From: Kiritimatiellia bacterium
Lineage (GTDB): Bacteria; Verrucomicrobiota; Kiritimatiellia; JAQICX01
DNA length: 64,000 nucleotides
NCBI GenBank assembly: GCA_027858345.1
Contig: JAQICX010000242.1
Location: forward strand, 2,787-66,786
Reading direction: 5' to 3'
The position numbers and the translations under genes are program-made. The notes under the pieces are model-generated. The model saw only the letters and a program-made list of their open reading frames with translations, was not told the DNA's origin and did no database searches. Shown piece after piece: positions 60,416-64,000 of the stretch. Each line of letters starts with the position of its first letter. Position 1 is the first letter of the stretch.

Positions 60416-60421
60416 TGTATA

Positions 60422-61303
60422 TTACCAGCCGCGATTTGCAAGTCTCTGATCTTCTGGAATTTCGCTCATGTTAATTCCCTTCATTGCATCCTGAAGTGTT
60501 GCTGAAATTTCAGCAAGTTTTTTTGGATTGTCATAGTATGTAACAGCCATAACAATTGCTTTTGCTCTTGCAGCAGGATCTTCTGATTTGAAAATTCCAG
60601 AGCCAACAAAAACAGTTTCAGCACCGAGCTGCATCATCAGTGCAGCATCGGCTGGTGTGGCAATTCCGCCAGCAGCAAAGTTTGGAACAGGCAGTTTGCC
60701 TTCTTTTGAGACTTGTTTAACCAGTTCAAATGGAGCTCCAAGATCTTTTGCAACCGCCATGATTTCATCATCTTTCAGTGTTGTTAGAAATTTGATATCT
60801 GACTGAACTGTTCTCATATGAGTTACAGCTTCAACGATGTTGCCTGAGCCAGCCTCACCCTTTGTTCTGATCATTGCCGCACCTTCACCAATTCGTCTTA
60901 GTGCCTCACCAATGTTTCTGCATCCGCAGACAAATGGAACTTTGAAATCGTGTTTCCAGACATGGTTAACTTCATCGGCAGGTGTAAGAACTTCACTCTC
61001 ATCAATAAAATCAATTTCCAGAGCTTCTAGGATTTGTGCTTCAGCAAAGTGACCTATTCTACATTTTGCCATTACTGGAATTGAGACAGTCCTTTGAATC
61101 TCCTGTATCATTTTTGGGTTTGACATACGTGCAACACCACCGTCTGCTCTGATGTCTGATGGTATTCTTTCTAAAGCCATAACAGCGACAGCGCCTGCGT
61201 CTTCAGCAATCTTTGCTTGCTCTGCATTTGTTACATCCATGATTACGCCGCCTTTAAGCATTTCTGCGAGACCAACTTTTATTCCAAAACTATTTTTCTG
61301 CAT
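60422..61303 (-). CDS. pdxS: pyridoxal 5'-phosphate synthase lyase subunit
   Basis: Highly conserved PdxS/SNZ sequence (GVIMDV..AEQA.IAE.AGA.AVMALER.P.D.R..GGVARM). Confidence 0.9.
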   Translation of the reverse strand: MQKNSFGIKVGLAEMLKGGVIMDVTNAEQAKIAEDAGAVAVMALERIPSDIRADGGVARMSNPKMIQEIQRTVSIPVMAKCRIGHFAEAQILEALEIDFIDESEVLTPADEVNHVWKHDFKVPFVCGCRNIGEALRRIGEGAAMIRTKGEAGSGNIVEAVTHMRTVQSDIKFLTTLKDDEIMAVAKDLGAPFELVKQVSKEGKLPVPNFAAGGIATPADAALMMQLGAETVFVGSGIFKSEDPAARAKAIVMAVTYYDNPKKLAEISATLQDAMKGINMSEIPEDQRLANRGW

Positions 61304-61645
61304 TATATTTCTCCTTTATTAGGGGGGCTTTTTAATTAACCTGCATGCCCTTGTATATTTTGATTGGCGAGGAATGATATGGTTTTAGGCTAGATTTGTC
61401 AAGTATTATAATATTTCTGTTTGAAGAAACTTGATTTTCAATTAAAAATTAACTATTGGAAGGATCCGTCAGATCGGACAGATCAGCTGGATATTGTTTT
61501 GCACCAATGAAAACAGAAAAAATTGCAATTTTCACATGGCACGTATTACTTAGCACTTATCACGTAGTACAGCTGGTGGTTGAGCCAGTTCCTTCCCACT
61601 TCCCCCCCTAGCACTTATCACATCACAACCGCTGGCTCTGCCGGC

Positions 61646-63331
61646 TTAGACTAGTCTCAGTACTTCCTGGGTTGTTGTGTTGTGTTTGAGTACTTCCAGC
61701 CAGGCACTGTCTTCAAGTGAATTTTGTCCAGCGGCCTTCATATAGTCTCTGATGGTTTGCTCAGGTAGTACGCCTGATATCATTTTTGAAACTAATTTTT
61801 CTACTTTTAGAATTTCAAAGATTGGTTTTCTACCTTTGTAGCCGGTGAATTTACACGCTGGGCAACCAACTGCATTTAGAATTGTCAAATCTTCTTTTGG
61901 GTCATAATCCTGATTTTCAATTTTACTCATAAGTTCAGGAGGAAATGGTATTTCCGTTGCACATGCTTGACAAACTTTTCTGATTAATCGCTGTGCGACA
62001 ACGGCTCTTAGTGAACCAGCAATGAGAAATGGTTCAATGCCCATGTCAACAAGGCGTGATACTGCTGAAATTGAGTCGTTTGTATGAAGCGTACTGAACA
62101 CTTGGTGTCCTGTCATTGAAGCACTAATTGCAATCCTAGCCGTTTCTATATCGCGAATTTCACCAACTAAAATGACGTCTGGGTCATGTCTTAGAATTGA
62201 TCTTAGTCCTTCTGCAAATGAGAATCCTATTGATTCATTTACCTGCATTTGTGTTATGCCATCAATTTTATATTCAATCGGATCTTCTATGGTAATGATT
62301 TTTGTGTCATCGGACTTCTTATAGTCTAGAGCTGCATAGAGACTTGTTGTTTTACCTGAACCGGTAGGACCGGTGAATAGTGTGATTCCAGTGGATGCAT
62401 TTAGAATACCTTCCAGTTTTCCACGTGCATCTTTTGAAACTTCCAGATCTTTAAGGTTCATGAATGATGATTGGGAGTTGAGCAATCTCAGGTTTATTGT
62501 CTCACCAAAGTTTGATGGCAGCACTGAAACTCGAATATCGATTGGAGAACCTTCAAAATCAATTGAAAAACGTCCATCTTGTGGTACTCTTTTTTCGGCA
62601 ATGTTTAACTGAGCCATCACTTTAATTGAAGAAATTATTGATTTCGTGTATGAGTCTGAACCTGTTGGGGTAGGTATGGTATGAAGTATTCCATCGATTC
62701 TATAGCGAAGTCGCATAGAATTTTTTGTTGGTTCAATATGCACGTCTGATGCATTACTATATATTGCATCTGAGATTATTGAGTCAACAAATTTGGTTAC
62801 ATATGTCTGGCTCTCAGTGCTGACTGCTTTATTGATTGAAAAGCTTTTGAATGCCACTCCAAAGTAATGTTTAATGCACTCTCTTAGTTCTTCTGTTGAG
62901 CAAAGGTACCAAGCCGTCTTTTTGTTTAGGAGAACATCTAGTTCTTCCAGATTCCCTTGTGATAAAATTCTGTCTGAAGCAAATATAACCATATTATCAT
63001 TGATTTGCACTGGCATTATGTCAAAATGAGCGACGATTGAGGTGTCAAAGGTTTTGAGTTGTTCTTTATCAATTTGTATTCTGCTTAGGGATATAATTGG
63101 AATACCTGTGATTTCTGAAACATGGTTAAGTAGTTTTTCGTTTGGATAGGCTGCATTTTCTTCAAGTATTGAAAATACATTTTCATCCAGCCACGTTACC
63201 TTGTGCTCAATTGTTTCAATATGGCTGGGTTGAAATAGTTGTTCTTTTTTTATTCTCTTCAGTAGAGCATCATTAAGACTCTCTCTGCCTGCCATTGGTC
63301 TTGGTGAATATCTTTTTGTTGAATCACTCAT
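61646..63331 (-). CDS. type II secretion / type IV pilus assembly ATPase (GspE/PilB family)
   Basis: N-terminal T2SSE_N domain, Walker A GPTGSGKTT, and Asp/His boxes. A tetra-Cys motif is likely (CQAC...CPAC). Confidence 0.8.
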   Translation of the reverse strand: MSDSTKRYSPRPMAGRESLNDALLKRIKKEQLFQPSHIETIEHKVTWLDENVFSILEENAAYPNEKLLNHVSEITGIPIISLSRIQIDKEQLKTFDTSIVAHFDIMPVQINDNMVIFASDRILSQGNLEELDVLLNKKTAWYLCSTEELRECIKHYFGVAFKSFSINKAVSTESQTYVTKFVDSIISDAIYSNASDVHIEPTKNSMRLRYRIDGILHTIPTPTGSDSYTKSIISSIKVMAQLNIAEKRVPQDGRFSIDFEGSPIDIRVSVLPSNFGETINLRLLNSQSSFMNLKDLEVSKDARGKLEGILNASTGITLFTGPTGSGKTTSLYAALDYKKSDDTKIITIEDPIEYKIDGITQMQVNESIGFSFAEGLRSILRHDPDVILVGEIRDIETARIAISASMTGHQVFSTLHTNDSISAVSRLVDMGIEPFLIAGSLRAVVAQRLIRKVCQACATEIPFPPELMSKIENQDYDPKEDLTILNAVGCPACKFTGYKGRKPIFEILKVEKLVSKMISGVLPEQTIRDYMKAAGQNSLEDSAWLEVLKHNTTTQEVLRLV

Positions 63332-63966
63332 TATGTTTCCAATAAAATAATGTTTCCACGTTTGATGACATATATCTTGTCATCTTTAATTAATTCAAGT
63401 TTTTCCTTATCAAAAGAATTTACTTTGTATGTCTCGATTGTTTCATCCTTAGTGATATAATGAATTTTTTTGTTTTCGAGAACTTCAATTAAGATTAGTT
63501 CCTGTCCATTTACAAGAGTGTGTCCAATATATCTAAATTGTTTATTCTGTTTGGGTTTAGGGTTGGTTTTTGGCTGTTCTGCAACATTATTATTTGGTTG
63601 GTTCTGGGCTTGCAGTTTCTTTTCTTCTTCAGCTTTGAGTCTTGCAGCCTCTTTTTCTTGAGCAAGACGTTCTTCCTTAGCTTTTCGTTTCCGTTCTTCT
63701 TCCAGTCTTTTTGCATCTGCAATTTTTTTTGCTTCAGCTTCCGCTTCCAAGCGTTTTTTTTCTTCGATTGCTTTTTCTCTTAGCCATGATGATAGAAATG
63801 GATTTGGAATGTTACTATCGATTTCAACAGGAGTTAGGTTGAATAAAGGTTCATGAATGTTTTCAGTTTTGTTTGAAGGGACGACTTGTATTATGCTGAC
63901 ACTTATATTGTTTTTTTGTTCTTCTACAGATTCAAAGGTTGTATATGTAAAATATAGGCATAGCAC
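63331..63966 (-). CDS. hypothetical Lys/Glu-rich coiled-coil protein, probably 5'-truncated at the window edge
   Basis: The frame remains open upstream of the annotated Met to the window end. Shares a start/stop overlap with the ATPase gene. Confidence 0.35.
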   Translation of the reverse strand: MLCLYFTYTTFESVEEQKNNISVSIIQVVPSNKTENIHEPLFNLTPVEIDSNIPNPFLSSWLREKAIEEKKRLEAEAEAKKIADAKRLEEERKRKAKEERLAQEKEAARLKAEEEKKLQAQNQPNNNVAEQPKTNPKPKQNKQFRYIGHTLVNGQELILIEVLENKKIHYITKDETIETYKVNSFDKEKLELIKDDKIYVIKRGNIILLET

Positions 63967-64000
63967 CAGTATTAGTAGAATAATATATTTGTTTGACAGA

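Noticed and set aside
1-64000. CRISPR array
   Set aside because: There are no regularly spaced identical direct repeats with unique spacers. The repetitive DNA consists of dispersed palindromes, MITE-like elements and short microsatellite-like arrays (TTACGCAC x4, ctaact-type at 26650-26715, attaacca-type at 30995-31060).

Overview
This is a 64-kb window from an AT-rich (about 40% GC) diderm bacterium, probably an anaerobe of an uncultivated lineage (lpxA, TolC/HlyD, GspE/PilB, NfnAB, TRAP transporter); I cannot name a genus from the sequence alone. The conserved core is the canonical block tRNA-Thr, tuf, rpmG, tRNA-Trp, secE, nusG, rplK, rplA, rplJ, rplL, rpoB, rpoC on the + strand (32.4-45.6 kb), ending in a textbook intrinsic terminator. 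Everything outside that block looks like accessory DNA, and almost every intergenic gap holds GC-rich palindromic repeats. I see three repeat layers:
- REP/BIME-like units built as a GTAG tetranucleotide plus an imperfect palindrome, in at least two families.
- MITE-like elements of 260-370 bp bounded by about 16-bp terminal inverted repeats (CCTTRRTTTTTCGGTT ... AACCGAAAAAYTAAGG), some copies about 95% identical.
- Smaller hairpin modules (gctggcN4gccagc; gctaccactttg...caaagtggtagc) and (T)TAAGGT-type short tandem arrays.
The repeats are absent from the tuf-rpoC block and concentrated in a plasticity zone at 45.6-54.7 kb. That zone also holds an IS3-family transposase remnant, a DUF1566 gene with an in-frame TGA, and a GC-rich gene island (cupin, DUF1566, alpha-galactosidase-like hydrolase).
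The most interesting candidate system is a minus-strand cluster at 7.3-18.3 kb:
- a 2122-aa secreted CotH-family atypical kinase with four lamin-tail domains, strongly GC-rich and therefore a compositional outlier;
- then a VTC/CYTH-like polyphosphate-polymerase-domain protein;
- a DUF4956 membrane protein, frameshifted at a C6 homopolymer;
- an HlyD-type membrane fusion protein and a TolC-like outer membrane factor, with no inner-membrane pump gene.
A second candidate is a tightly overlapping operon at 0.3-3.3 kb of a secreted PQQ-like beta-propeller protein, a 2x[4Fe-4S] ferredoxin-domain protein and a radical-SAM enzyme (possible protein maturation system).
Other content includes:
- regulators: a multi-PAS hybrid histidine kinase and an AraC regulator coupled to lpxA;
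- DNA and nucleotide enzymes: a RecQ-family helicase, a standalone divergent PurH-N (IMP cyclohydrolase-like) protein and a phosphoribosyltransferase;
- transport: orphan dctQM with a neighbouring uspA;
- glycan enzymes: a GT2 glycosyltransferase and a GH130-like phosphorylase;
- a ThiI-like PP-loop protein, NfnAB, PdxS/PdxT, a GspE/PilB ATPase.
All calls rest on reading the translated ORFs and the DNA by eye; no database searches were run.
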